A DNA stretch of 64,000 nt from positions 8,127 through 72,126 of the forward strand of contig JBNJDU010000003.1 of NCBI GenBank assembly GCA_051745165.1, written 5' to 3'. Below are positions 18,014 through 27,164 of this stretch, one piece after another. The first letter of the stretch is position 1, and each line of letters opens with the position of its first letter. Origin of the DNA: Patescibacteria group bacterium (GTDB lineage Bacteria; Patescibacteriota; Minisyncoccia; Minisyncoccales; PWPS01). The translations under genes and the position numbers were made by a program. Below the pieces are notes generated by a model. That model saw only the letters and a program-made list of their open reading frames with translations. It searched no databases and had not been told where the DNA came from.

Positions 18014-20096
18014 CCCTCCTTTTTTTAAGTTCTTTTTTTGCTTTTATTAATGATAAATCTATTTTTCCGTCATTAGCGACTTTAAGAACCTTTACTGGAA
18101 TTACATCTCCAACACTAACAACATCTTCTACTTTATCTACATGACCGTCTGATAGCTCTGAAATGTGAACTAAACCTTCTGTTCCGGGCATTATTTCTAC
18201 GAAACAACCAAAGTTCATAATCTTTTTAACCTTACCCTTAAACATTTCTCCCTTTTCTGGTTCTCTGACGATATTTTTAATCCACTCGTATGCTTTTTCA
18301 GCTGATTGCTTATCTTCAGAAGTGATAAAGATATCACCAGAATCTTCAATATCAATTGAAACTTCTGTTTCGTCAATTATTTCATTGATAACTTTTCCGC
18401 CTGGCCCGATAACTTCTCTTATCTTATCTTTATCAATCTTCATGGTTAATATTCTTGGAGCGTAAGGGGAGAGTTCTTCTCTTGGGCCTTCAATAGCTTC
18501 TTCCATTTTGTCTAAAATAGTGTGTCTAGTTTTTTCTGCTCTTTCTAGAGCTTCTTCCATAATATCAATAGTAATTCCTAAAACTTTAACATCCATTTGA
18601 ATGGCATTAACTCCATTTCTGGTACCCGCTACTTTAAAGTCCATATCTCCAGCATGATCTTCTAAGCCTTGAATGTCTGTAAGTAGGCGGTAATCATCAT
18701 CACTAGAAACCATTCCGATTGATATTCCAGTTACAGGAGCTTTTATTGGGACTCCGGCGTCCATTAAAGCTAAAGAAGTACTAGTCATTGCTGCTTGAGA
18801 AGTTGATCCATTAGAAGACATTATTTCTGAAACGGATCTAATAGTATAAGGAAAGTCATCAATGTCAGGGAGAACAGGTCTTATAGCCTTTTCTCCAAGC
18901 ATTCCATGTCCAATCTCCCTTCTTTTTGGTCCTCGAAGAGGCCATGTTTCTCCTACTGAGTAAGGAGGAAAGTTATAGTGATGCATAAACCTCTTTTTTC
19001 CTTCCGCTTCCATATTGTCGAAAAGTTTCTTATCTCCGGGAGGACCAAGTGTAATTATTGATAACGACCTTGTTTTTCCTCTTGAAAATAGTCCAGTGCC
19101 GTGAGTTCTAGGTAGTAATTTTACTTCTGTGCTTAATTCTCTTACTTCATCTTCTTTACGGCCGTCCGGTCGCTTATTATTTTTAAGTATATTTTTACGA
19201 ACTAATTCTTTTTTAAAGTCATCTAGATAATCTATTGCTTTTTCAGCATTCTCTTCGAATTTGTCTTTAATCTCTTTTTTAATCTCGTCTAGCTTTTCTT
19301 TATCATCTGCAAAGATTACTTTTTCAATTTCCTTTTCAAATTTTTCAACAAAATCTTTAATCTGTTTTGAAACCTCTTCTTCCTCTTCTAGTTTAATTTT
19401 TTCTTCACCGTGCTCTTCTATTATTTCTTGTTGAAACTTTTCTAATTTTTTAGTTGCTTTTTTTGCTAGTTTTACAGAGTTGATAACCTCTTCGTTAGGA
19501 GCTTCTTCAAAAAAACTTTCCACCATATTTACAATATATTTTCCATCGTTGAAGAAACCACTGTAAACAGCCTCTACATCACCTTCTTCTCTTTCATCGT
19601 AAGTTGGATTAAGAATAAGTTCACCGTCTTCTCTTCCCACTCTAACCATTGAAATTGGGCCGTTCCAAGGAACATCAGAAATTGATAAAGCTATAGAAGA
19701 GGCTATTCCTCCGAGAACTGCGGGGTCATTTTCTTCATCCCAAGAAAGACAGGTTACTATAACCTCCACTTCTTTTTTAAGATTTGCAGGAAAAAGAGGT
19801 CTTATTGATCTATCTATCATTCTAGAAATTAAAGTCGCTCTATCTGACGGCTTTCCTTCTCTTCTTGTGTATCTGGATCCACCAATCTTTCCGGCAGCGT
19901 AAAACTTTTCTTCATAAAAAACCATTAGAGGAAAGTAACCTAGTTCATCTTTTTTATCTTCATCAGACATAGTAACTGTTGCGAGAACAACAGTATCTCC
20001 ATATCTAAGCATAACACTTCCGTTAGCTTGTTCGGCTAGATTTTTAAAGCTAGCAGTTAATTTTCTTCCTCCAATTTGAATTTCATGTTTTTCCAT
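17997..20096 (-). CDS. pnp: Polyribonucleotide nucleotidyltransferase (PNPase)
   Basis: Two RNase PH-like domains plus KH and S1 domains. Contains DHAGDMDFKVAGT, GPGGKVINEI, GCFVEIMPGTEGLVHISEL. Confidence 0.97.
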   Translation of the reverse strand: MEKHEIQIGGRKLTASFKNLAEQANGSVMLRYGDTVVLATVTMSDEDKKDELGYFPLMVFYEEKFYAAGKIGGSRYTRREGKPSDRATLISRMIDRSIRPLFPANLKKEVEVIVTCLSWDEENDPAVLGGIASSIALSISDVPWNGPISMVRVGREDGELILNPTYDEREEGDVEAVYSGFFNDGKYIVNMVESFFEEAPNEEVINSVKLAKKATKKLEKFQQEIIEEHGEEKIKLEEEEEVSKQIKDFVEKFEKEIEKVIFADDKEKLDEIKKEIKDKFEENAEKAIDYLDDFKKELVRKNILKNNKRPDGRKEDEVRELSTEVKLLPRTHGTGLFSRGKTRSLSIITLGPPGDKKLFDNMEAEGKKRFMHHYNFPPYSVGETWPLRGPKRREIGHGMLGEKAIRPVLPDIDDFPYTIRSVSEIMSSNGSTSQAAMTSTSLALMDAGVPIKAPVTGISIGMVSSDDDYRLLTDIQGLEDHAGDMDFKVAGTRNGVNAIQMDVKVLGITIDIMEEALERAEKTRHTILDKMEEAIEGPREELSPYAPRILTMKIDKDKIREVIGPGGKVINEIIDETEVSIDIEDSGDIFITSEDKQSAEKAYEWIKNIVREPEKGEMFKGKVKKIMNFGCFVEIMPGTEGLVHISELSDGHVDKVEDVVSVGDVIPVKVLKVANDGKIDLSLIKAKKELKKRRDAKNK

Positions 20097-20097
20097 C

Positions 20098-20601
20098 TTA
20101 TTTCTTGAGTAAATATTTTTTAGGATTGTCTTCTAAATTCATAAATTCGTCGGCAGCTTCAATTAATCTCGATGATGCTGATCGCTTAAAGGCTACTATT
20201 TCAACTCGTATCCCTTTGTTTTGTAGAAAACCTACTAATGGAACAAAGTCACCATCTCCGGTTACTAGCACTATTGAGTCAGCAGAATTAGAAAGTCTAA
20301 TAGCATCAACTACTATACCAACATCCCAGTCTCCCTTTTTAAATCCGCCTTGATATTCTTGCAGGTCTTTTATTCTGGTTTCAATTCCTAAACTTGTCAG
20401 TGCATCAAAAAAGGATTTTTCCTCTCCACCTTTTGTTCTGATTACATAGGCAAAAGAACGTATTAAAGTTCTTTTGCTTACACCAAGATTTAAAACTTGT
20501 TTAAAGTCGACTCGTGATTTATATAAGTGTTTTGCAGAATGATAAAGATTCTGCACGTCCATTAAGACGACCACTCTTTGTCCTTTATGTTTAATAGTCA
20601 T
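20098..20601 (-). CDS. NYN-domain (LabA-like, PIN-related) protein
   Basis: VVVLMDVQNLYHSAK ... VLVTGDGDFVPLV ... VEIVAF pattern typical of NYN/LabA domains. Confidence 0.8.
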   Translation of the reverse strand: MTIKHKGQRVVVLMDVQNLYHSAKHLYKSRVDFKQVLNLGVSKRTLIRSFAYVIRTKGGEEKSFFDALTSLGIETRIKDLQEYQGGFKKGDWDVGIVVDAIRLSNSADSIVLVTGDGDFVPLVGFLQNKGIRVEIVAFKRSASSRLIEAADEFMNLEDNPKKYLLKK

Positions 20602-20874
20602 TTATTTTTTAAGACCAGCCTTCTTGATAATATCTTTGTATTTTTCTTCGTCTTCTTTCTTTAGATATTTAAGAAGTTTTTTTCTTTTGTTGACCATTCC
20701 CACTAATCCTTTTCTAGAATGTTTATCTTTTGGGTGGTCTTCTAAGTGACTGAAAAGGTTATTTATCTCTTCAGTTAAGATCGCGATTTGAGCTTCGGGT
20801 GATCCGGTGTTTTCCGTATCTAATCCGTACTCTTCGAGTATTTCTGTTTTGTTCAATTCGTTTTGTTTAGACAT
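20602..20874 (-). CDS. rpsO: 30S ribosomal protein S15
   Basis: GSPEAQIAILTEEINNLFSHLEDHPKDKHSRKGL. Confidence 0.95.
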   Translation of the reverse strand: MSKQNELNKTEILEEYGLDTENTGSPEAQIAILTEEINNLFSHLEDHPKDKHSRKGLVGMVNKRKKLLKYLKKEDEEKYKDIIKKAGLKK

Positions 20875-20933
20875 TTTTTTATTACTTTACTTTAATTAAC
20901 TATACTACATGCTCTTAAATTTTTAAACCGTTG

Positions 20934-21006
20934 TGCCCTCGCTAGGGATCGAACCTAGAACCTTGTCCTTAAGAGGGACCTGCTCTCCCAGTTGAGCTAC
21001 GAGGGC
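20934..21006 (-). tRNA. tRNA-Lys (anticodon CTT), no encoded CCA
   Basis: Cloverleaf read by eye: acceptor GCCCTCG/CGAGGGC, D arm GCTC..GAGC, anticodon loop CTCTTAA, T arm CTAGG-TTCGATC-CCTAG. Confidence 0.88.
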
Positions 21007-21014
21007 GTTTTCAA

Positions 21015-21671
21015 TTAATCTTCACTAGGCAATTCCATATCTGAAGGTCTTTCTATCTCTACTTCACACATTGGTTGAGTTTTAATTCCTTCGCTTCCCC
21101 ACTCAATTTCCCAATCCATAAATCCAGAAATTATAAGTGTTATTATAGCCCAGGAAAAGTAAGCTAAAAATAATCCTAAAGCTGCATATTTTAAAGCATC
21201 TATAGCTTTATTAGTTTTCTCTGGATTTCCAGTAGAAACAATCATTGTCACTCCGGCACCTACTATTACTATAAGGGCTATAGCAGGAATTAAGCCTCCT
21301 AAAACAAAACTTATTACCCTGTCAAATATCATAAAAAGATGACAAAGACTACAAGGGACAAATGTTTCGGGAGAAGAACCACCTTTTCCAAGTGCTTCTG
21401 ATGAGCAGCGATGTATTTCATCTAACTCTTTACTAAAGAAGTTTTGAATATCTCCGCTACTTGATTCTACAGAAAGACACCTTCCGCAAGGAACCATTCC
21501 ATCATATTCTACTTCTAAAGATCCACTTATTGGATCTCCTTGTTGGTCTTCACCTATTACATTTATGTTGTAAGTTTCAGACTCTTGATATTCTTCTGCC
21601 TCGTCTGCCTCCGATATTTGCGGAACAAATATAATGAAAGCAGCTAAAATTAGGATAATAAACTTCTTCAT
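21015..21671 (-). CDS. Secreted/membrane protein resembling TrbC/VirB2-type (T4SS-pilin-like) proteins, with an extra N-terminal Cys-containing domain
   Basis: Signal peptide MKKFIILILAAFIIFVPQISEA. CxxC pairs. Two C-terminal TM helices separated by STGNPEKTNKAIDALKYA, a layout I associate with T4SS pilin-like families. Confidence 0.55.
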   Translation of the reverse strand: MKKFIILILAAFIIFVPQISEADEAEEYQESETYNINVIGEDQQGDPISGSLEVEYDGMVPCGRCLSVESSSGDIQNFFSKELDEIHRCSSEALGKGGSSPETFVPCSLCHLFMIFDRVISFVLGGLIPAIALIVIVGAGVTMIVSTGNPEKTNKAIDALKYAALGLFLAYFSWAIITLIISGFMDWEIEWGSEGIKTQPMCEVEIERPSDMELPSED

Positions 21672-21714
21672 TGAAAACTATTATAAGATAAAAATCTTTT
21701 TTAATAAAGCTTTG

Positions 21715-21788
21715 TACCTCCGGAAGGATTCGAACCCTCAACCTTCCGGTCCGAAGCCGGACGCTCTATCCAGTTGAGCTACGGAGGT
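21715..21788 (-). tRNA. tRNA-Arg (anticodon TCG), no encoded CCA
   Basis: Acceptor ACCTCCG/CGGAGGT, anticodon stem-loop TCCGG-CTTCGGA-CCGGA, T arm GAGGG-TTCGAAT-CCTTC. Confidence 0.88.
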
Positions 21789-21821
21789 TTTTGATTAGCT
21801 TATTTATTTTATCTAAAATAA

Positions 21822-21850
21822 TTGAAAAAAACAAGTTTTTAAGATAGAAT
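21822..21850 (+). promoter_or_regulatory. sigma70-like promoter for cca (TTGAAA-17-TAGAAT)
   Basis: Hexamers at 21822-21827 and 21845-21850. Confidence 0.6.
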
Positions 21851-21861
21851 GGGACAGACTT

Positions 21862-23313
21862 ATGAAAATACCACAAGAAATAAAAAAAATAACAGATAAA
21901 TTAGAAGATGCGGACTTCGAAGCCTTTGTTGTCGGAGGTTGTGTTCGAGATGGCTTATTAAATAAGAAGCCAAATGATTGGGATATAGCTACAAATGCAA
22001 CTCCAGAAGACGTAGAGTCAATTTTTAATAAAACCTATTCCAATAATAATTTTGGAACAGTTACCGTTTTGACAGAAAGTAACAAAGAAGGACTAAAAGA
22101 GGTAGAAATTACCCCTTACAGAACTGAAGAAAATTATAAGGACGGACGTCATCCAGAAAAAGTAGAGTGGGCGGAAACAATTGATGAAGATTTGTCCAGA
22201 AGAGACTTTACTATAAACGCCTTAGCTTATAGACCAGCAAAAGAAAAGCTAGTAGATCTTTTTAATGGAAAAGAAGATTTAGAAAAAGAAATTATTAGAG
22301 CAGTTGGAGATCCTTATGAGCGTTTTGATGAAGATAGTTTAAGAATGATGAGGGCAGCTAGATTTGCCACCACTTTAGAGTTTAAAATAGAAGAAGAAAC
22401 TAAAAGAGCAATAAAAGAAAAATCCTCCTTATTACAAAAAATTTCTAATGAAAGAATTAGGGAAGAATTATTAAAGATAGTAATGAGTGATAACGCAGCG
22501 ATTGGAATTGAGCTCTTGAGACGATTAGGACTTTTAAAGTATATTATTCCTGAACTAGAAGAAGGTTATCAAGTAGCACAAAATAAGCATCATATATATG
22601 ATTGTTATGAGCATTCCATTCTTTCACTGCAGTATGCTGCTGACCAGGATTATAATATGCATGTACGAATGGCAGCTTTACTTCATGACGTGGCAAAGCC
22701 AACCGTAAAAGAAGGAACAGGAGAAGAAGCTACTTTTTATAATCACGAAGTGGTAGGAGCAAAACAAGCAAAGAAAATTCTTAAGCGATTAAAATTTCCT
22801 AAAAAAGACATAAAGAAAATAGTTAAACTAGTTCGATATCATCTCTTCTATTATAATGTTGGAGAAGTTTCTGAATCTTCAGTTAGGAGATTAGTTAGAA
22901 ATGTAGGGAAAGAAAATATAGATGATCTTATTAAGGTAAGAAAAGCGGATAGAATTGGTTCTGGAGTCCCAAAAGCAGAGCCATATAAGCTAAGACATCT
23001 TCAATACGTAATAGAGAAAGTGTCTCGAGATCCAATATCTACTAAAATGTTAGAAGTTGACGGTGAGGATGTTATGGAGATTTTAGGAATATCTCCCGGT
23101 CCTAAAATTGGTGACATCTTAAACATCCTCCTCAGCAAGGTTTTATCAGATCCAAGTAAAAATAAAAAAGATGCCTTGGTTAAAGAAATCAAGAAATTGG
23201 GTGAAATGAATGACGAAGAATTAAAAAAGCTCGCCGAAGCGAGCCGAGATGATATTGATCGAATTGAAACTAAACGAGATAAAATGACTAAGAAGAAGTA
23301 TTGGTTAACTTAG
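21862..23313 (+). CDS. cca: CCA-adding tRNA nucleotidyltransferase with HD domain
   Basis: GGCVRDGLL..DWDIAT nucleotidyltransferase motif, RRDFTINA, and HD region LLHDVAKP. Confidence 0.9.
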   Translation: MKIPQEIKKITDKLEDADFEAFVVGGCVRDGLLNKKPNDWDIATNATPEDVESIFNKTYSNNNFGTVTVLTESNKEGLKEVEITPYRTEENYKDGRHPEKVEWAETIDEDLSRRDFTINALAYRPAKEKLVDLFNGKEDLEKEIIRAVGDPYERFDEDSLRMMRAARFATTLEFKIEEETKRAIKEKSSLLQKISNERIREELLKIVMSDNAAIGIELLRRLGLLKYIIPELEEGYQVAQNKHHIYDCYEHSILSLQYAADQDYNMHVRMAALLHDVAKPTVKEGTGEEATFYNHEVVGAKQAKKILKRLKFPKKDIKKIVKLVRYHLFYYNVGEVSESSVRRLVRNVGKENIDDLIKVRKADRIGSGVPKAEPYKLRHLQYVIEKVSRDPISTKMLEVDGEDVMEILGISPGPKIGDILNILLSKVLSDPSKNKKDALVKEIKKLGEMNDEELKKLAEASRDDIDRIETKRDKMTKKKYWLT

Positions 23314-23477
23314 ACTTCTGGAACATTATTATAATCCATTTGTTCTTCTTGTTGAGGTTGCTCTTCTTCAAAGTTTTGATCTTCATCTGGAGCAAAAGGC
23401 TGGAATATTATACTTAAAATCAAAATAATTATAGATATTACTAAACCGATTAATAGTTTTTTTGTTCTGGGAGGCAT
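23310..23477 (-). CDS. Possible small membrane protein (55 aa), below the ORF-track cutoff
   Basis: MPPRTKKLLIGLVISIIILILSIIFQPF... has one TM helix and an acidic tail. Preceded by TTGATA-17-TAGTAT on the minus strand. No clear SD. Confidence 0.4.
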   Translation of the reverse strand: MPPRTKKLLIGLVISIIILILSIIFQPFAPDEDQNFEEEQPQQEEQMDYNNVPEV

Positions 23478-23509
23478 TTTTATTTAAAAATTAGTGTTAA
23501 ACTAATTAA

Positions 23510-23538
23510 ATACTAAAATAAATTTTGATTTTTATCAA
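23510..23538 (-). promoter_or_regulatory. sigma70-like promoter (TTGATA-17-TAGTAT) upstream of the 55-aa ORF
   Basis: -35 at 23538-23533 and -10 at 23515-23510 on the minus strand. Confidence 0.45.
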
Positions 23539-23563
23539 ATAAAATATATAAATTTTTAATAAC

Positions 23564-23592
23564 TTGACAGGAAAAATTTATTAAGTTATCTT
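23564..23592 (+). promoter_or_regulatory. sigma70-like promoter for nusA (TTGACA-17-TATCTT)
   Basis: TTGACA at 23564-23569 and TATCTT at 23587-23592. Confidence 0.55.
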
Positions 23593-23616
23593 GAAGGTAA
23601 GACAGAGAGATTCGAA

Positions 23617-23643
23617 TGTCCGCTTTAAAGCGGGCAATTTTTT
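23617..23643 (+). promoter_or_regulatory. Terminator-like hairpin in the nusA leader (TGTCCGC-tttaaa-GCGGGCA + ATTTTTT)
   Basis: 7-bp stem (one G-U pair) followed by a T run, ending 24 nt before the nusA ATG. Confidence 0.55.
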
Positions 23644-23666
23644 AAAAATAATAAGTAAAATTAGAT

Positions 23667-24800
23667 ATGGATTTAAAATCATTTGCATCAGCGATGTCAC
23701 AAATCGCTGCAGAAAAAGAAATTCCGGAAGATAAGGTTTTAGATATTGTTGAACAAGCAATAGCTACTGCCTATAAGAAAGAATATGGAGAAAAAGGAGA
23801 TCTAATAAAAGCTGACTTTGACCCTAAAAGTGGAGAGGTTAAATTCTGGAAAGCAAAAAAAGTTGTTAGTGAAGATATGATTCTATCCGATGAAGAACTT
23901 GAGAAACTTAAAAAGGGAGAAATATCAGATGTGGGAGATAAAGTTAGATTTAATCCAAAACGACATGTCATGGCTGAAGATACAGATGAAGGTAAGCCGG
24001 GAGATGAAATAAAAGAACCTTTAGAAAGTAAAGAGCAATTCGGTAGAATTGCTGCTCAGACAGCTAAACAAGTTGTCCTCCAGAAGGTTAAAGAAACAGA
24101 AAGAGACTTAACTTATGAAGAATACAAAGAGAAAGAAGGAGAAGTTATTTCTGGTGTAGTTCAGCGGGTAGAAGGGAGAAAGATTCTGGTTGATATTGGA
24201 AAAGTATTAGGAGTTTTAAGTAAGGATGAGCAAATTCCGGGAGAGTACTATAAGTCGGGACAGAGATATAAAATGTACGTTTTGAAGGTTGAGAAAAACC
24301 CTAAAGGACCTACAGTTTATCTTTCTAGAGCCTTTCCTAGATTAGTTACACGCCTTTTTGAATTGGAGGTACCTGAAATTTCTACCGGAACTGTAGAGAT
24401 TAAAGCGATTGCCAGAGAAGCGGGATCTAGAAGTAAAGTAGCAGTTTGTTCAGAAGAAGAAGGAGTGGATCCAGTTGGAACGGCAGTAGGCCAAAGAGGA
24501 ACAAGAGTAGGAGCAATAATTTCTGAACTTGATGGAGAAAAGATTGATATAATAGAATGGTCTGATGATGAAAAAGAATTAATTTCGAATGCTCTGTCTC
24601 CTGCCAATGTTCATCAAGTAGAAATAATCGGAGAAAATAAAGCAGTAGCAACTGTTTCGGAAGATGAACTGTCTTTAGCTATCGGAAAAGAAGGACAAAA
24701 TGTTAGATTAGCAGCAAACTTAACTGGATGGAAAATTGACGTTAAATCATTAGGTGATGAATCTTCCGAAGAAGAAGATTCTGAAGAAGAAAATGAGTAA
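23667..24800 (+). CDS. nusA: Transcription termination/antitermination factor NusA
   Basis: N-terminal domain, S1 and two KH domains ([53 protein letters not shown]). Confidence 0.95.
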   Translation: MDLKSFASAMSQIAAEKEIPEDKVLDIVEQAIATAYKKEYGEKGDLIKADFDPKSGEVKFWKAKKVVSEDMILSDEELEKLKKGEISDVGDKVRFNPKRHVMAEDTDEGKPGDEIKEPLESKEQFGRIAAQTAKQVVLQKVKETERDLTYEEYKEKEGEVISGVVQRVEGRKILVDIGKVLGVLSKDEQIPGEYYKSGQRYKMYVLKVEKNPKGPTVYLSRAFPRLVTRLFELEVPEISTGTVEIKAIAREAGSRSKVAVCSEEEGVDPVGTAVGQRGTRVGAIISELDGEKIDIIEWSDDEKELISNALSPANVHQVEIIGENKAVATVSEDELSLAIGKEGQNVRLAANLTGWKIDVKSLGDESSEEEDSEEENE

Positions 24801-25413
24801 ACAACCAAAAAATATGAATTTAGTACCAACAGTAATTGAAAAAAGCCCAAGTGGAGAGAGAGCTTATGACATATATTCTCGCCTTTTAAAAGAAAGAATC
24901 ATCTTTTTAGGTGGTCAAGTAACTGATGAAGTGGCTAATTCGATAATAGCTCAACTGCTATTTTTATCTAGTCAAAACTCAAAAAAAGACATTCAATTGT
25001 ATATAAATAGTCCCGGAGGATCAGTTACGGCAGGAATGGCTATTTATGATACTATGCAATATGTTGAACCGGATGTATCAACAGTTTGTGTTGGAATTGC
25101 CGCTTCAATGGGAGCTGTACTTTTAGCTTCTGGAGAAAAGGGAAAGAGATACGCACTACCTAATTCTGAAGCAATGTTGCACCAAGTGATGGGGGGAGCA
25201 GAAGGAGAAGCAGCTAAAATTGAAATTGCCGCTAATCATATTCTTAAGATTAGAGAAAGATTAAATAAGATTCTCGCTGATCATACTGGACAATCTTTTG
25301 AAAAAATAAAGGAGGATACGGACAGAGACTTTTATATGAGTGCCGAAGAAGCTAAAGATTATGGCTTGATTGATGAAGTTATTTCTAAGGCAGAGAACAT
25401 GGGAGAAAAATAA
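24793..25413 (+). CDS. clpP: ATP-dependent Clp protease proteolytic subunit
   Basis: [51 protein letters not shown]. Start taken at ATG 24793 (alternative 24814); the ORF-track start at 24754 lies inside nusA. Confidence 0.93.
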   Translation: MSKQPKNMNLVPTVIEKSPSGERAYDIYSRLLKERIIFLGGQVTDEVANSIIAQLLFLSSQNSKKDIQLYINSPGGSVTAGMAIYDTMQYVEPDVSTVCVGIAASMGAVLLASGEKGKRYALPNSEAMLHQVMGGAEGEAAKIEIAANHILKIRERLNKILADHTGQSFEKIKEDTDRDFYMSAEEAKDYGLIDEVISKAENMGEK

Positions 25414-25435
25414 TCTTTAACTTAATTTAAACTAG

Positions 25436-25462
25436 AAAAAATCCGCTGAGAAGCGGGTTTTT
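25436..25462 (+). terminator. Intrinsic terminator after clpP (CCGCT-gaga-AGCGG + T run)
   Basis: A run, hairpin, then GTTTTT. Confidence 0.55.
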
Positions 25463-25464
25463 CG

Positions 25465-25493
25465 TTGACATTAAACCCCTTGTCTGATATATT
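25465..25493 (+). promoter_or_regulatory. sigma70-like promoter for rny (TTGACA-17-TATATT)
   Basis: TTGACA at 25465-25470 and TATATT at 25488-25493. Confidence 0.6.
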
Positions 25494-25568
25494 TTTAATA
25501 CAAATTATTAAAAATTTAGCCTAGATTTGGTATTAATTTTAGCATGAAAAATAAAGTGCCAAAAATAA

Positions 25569-27104
25569 TTGAATATGGAAACTTTAATTACACTACTGGT
25601 GGGAGTGGTATCCCTGATGGCCGGTGCGGTCTTCGGGTATCACGCTCGTCAAAAAGTAGCCAAACGTGACTATGAAGCAATAGAGACGAAAGTTAAAAAT
25701 CGAATGGAAGAAGCGAGAGAAAAAAGTAGAAGAATAATCAAGCAAGCAAAAGAAAAGGCAGAAAAAGTTTTAGAAGAAGCAAGAAATGAAGCAGAAGAAA
25801 AAGAACAAAAACTAAGAAAAAAAGAACAATTCCTTCTTAAAAGGGAAAACAACATAGATGAGAAAATAGCAAATTTTGAAGAACGTGAGCAAAAGTTTGA
25901 AAAACGAGTTGAAAAATTACAGAGAGTTAAGAAAAGAGTGGAAGAACTAAGAAATGAAGCAGAGAAAGAGCTTAAAAGAGTTGCAAATATGAGCAAGGAA
26001 GAGGCAAAAGAGGAGATGTTGAGTAAAGTGGAAAAAGAAATGGAATCCGATATTTTTGAGAGAATGCAAAAATTAGAACAAGAAGGAAGGGAAAAGTATG
26101 AGAAAAGAGCGAAGGAAATTATAGCCACTGTAATTCAGAAGTATGGAGCTTCCCAGGCTCAAGATTTAACTACAACTAACGTTTCTTTGCCTGACGATGA
26201 TATAAAGGGAAGAATTATAGGGAAAGAAGGAAGAAACATTAAAACCCTGGAAAAACTTACAGGAGTAGAGGTTGTTGTTGATGACACTCCAGAGACAGTT
26301 TTAATTTCTAGCTTTGACCCTATTAGAAGGCAAGTTGCAAAAACAGCTCTCGAAAAATTAATTTTTGATGGTAGGATTCAACCGGCAAGAATTGAAGAGA
26401 TGGTTAAAAAAGCAGAGAATGAAATTTCTGAACAAATCAAAAAAGCTGGAGAACAAGCTGTTTATGATACCGGAATTGTTGAGCTTGATCCTAAGATTGT
26501 AAGACTATTAGGAAGGCTTTACTACAGATCTAGTTATGGACAAAATGTATTACTTCACTCTAGAGAAGTAAGTTACTTAGCGGAAGGATTAGCTGCAGAA
26601 ATTGGAGCAGATACTTTTGTTTGTAAAAAAGCTGGTCTGCTTCACGACATTGGTAAAGCGTTAGATCACAAAGTTGAAGGATCGCATGTTGAAATAGGAA
26701 TAAGAGTTCTCAAAAAGTTTGGTGTTTCTCAAGAAGTTATAGACGCAATGAAATCACACCATGAGGAGTATGAATTTGAAACTATAGAATCAGTAATTGT
26801 TCAAACTGCAGATGCTATTTCTGGAAGTAGACCGGGAGCTAGAAAAGATACATTAGATGATTACCTGAAAAGACTTAAAGAGTTAGAAGAGGTTGCAAGA
26901 GGATTCCCCGGAGTTAAGAAAACATATGCAGTTCAAGCAGGAAGAGAAATCAGAGTTTTTGTGAAGCCAAATGAAGTTAATGATTTAGAAGCCAAAAAAC
27001 TCTCTAAGGATATAGCAAATAAGATTGAGGAAGAACTTAACTACCCTGGAGAAATAAAAGTAAATGTAATACGAGAGAAAAGAGTTATTGAATATGCAAA
27101 ATAA
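25569..27104 (+). CDS. rny: Ribonuclease Y
   Basis: N-terminal TM helix, long coiled coil, KH (GRIIGKEGRNIKTLE) and HD (LLHDIGKA) domains. Start is either TTG 25569 or ATG 25575. Confidence 0.93.
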   Translation: MNMETLITLLVGVVSLMAGAVFGYHARQKVAKRDYEAIETKVKNRMEEAREKSRRIIKQAKEKAEKVLEEARNEAEEKEQKLRKKEQFLLKRENNIDEKIANFEEREQKFEKRVEKLQRVKKRVEELRNEAEKELKRVANMSKEEAKEEMLSKVEKEMESDIFERMQKLEQEGREKYEKRAKEIIATVIQKYGASQAQDLTTTNVSLPDDDIKGRIIGKEGRNIKTLEKLTGVEVVVDDTPETVLISSFDPIRRQVAKTALEKLIFDGRIQPARIEEMVKKAENEISEQIKKAGEQAVYDTGIVELDPKIVRLLGRLYYRSSYGQNVLLHSREVSYLAEGLAAEIGADTFVCKKAGLLHDIGKALDHKVEGSHVEIGIRVLKKFGVSQEVIDAMKSHHEEYEFETIESVIVQTADAISGSRPGARKDTLDDYLKRLKELEEVARGFPGVKKTYAVQAGREIRVFVKPNEVNDLEAKKLSKDIANKIEEELNYPGEIKVNVIREKRVIEYAK

Positions 27105-27127
27105 AGATTAAAATTAATAACCTAACT

Positions 27128-27156
27128 AAAACCCCGCTTTTTATAGTGGGGTTTTA
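27128..27156 (+). terminator. Intrinsic terminator after rny (CCCCGC-tttttata-GTGGGG + TTTT)
   Basis: Hairpin flanked by an A run and a T run. Confidence 0.6.
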
Positions 27157-27164
27157 AAATTAAT

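Noticed and set aside
24754-24792. ORF-track start of clpP at 24754
   Set aside because: It lies 47 nt inside nusA and encodes K-rich filler. Conserved ClpP sequence starts after ATG 24793 or 24814.
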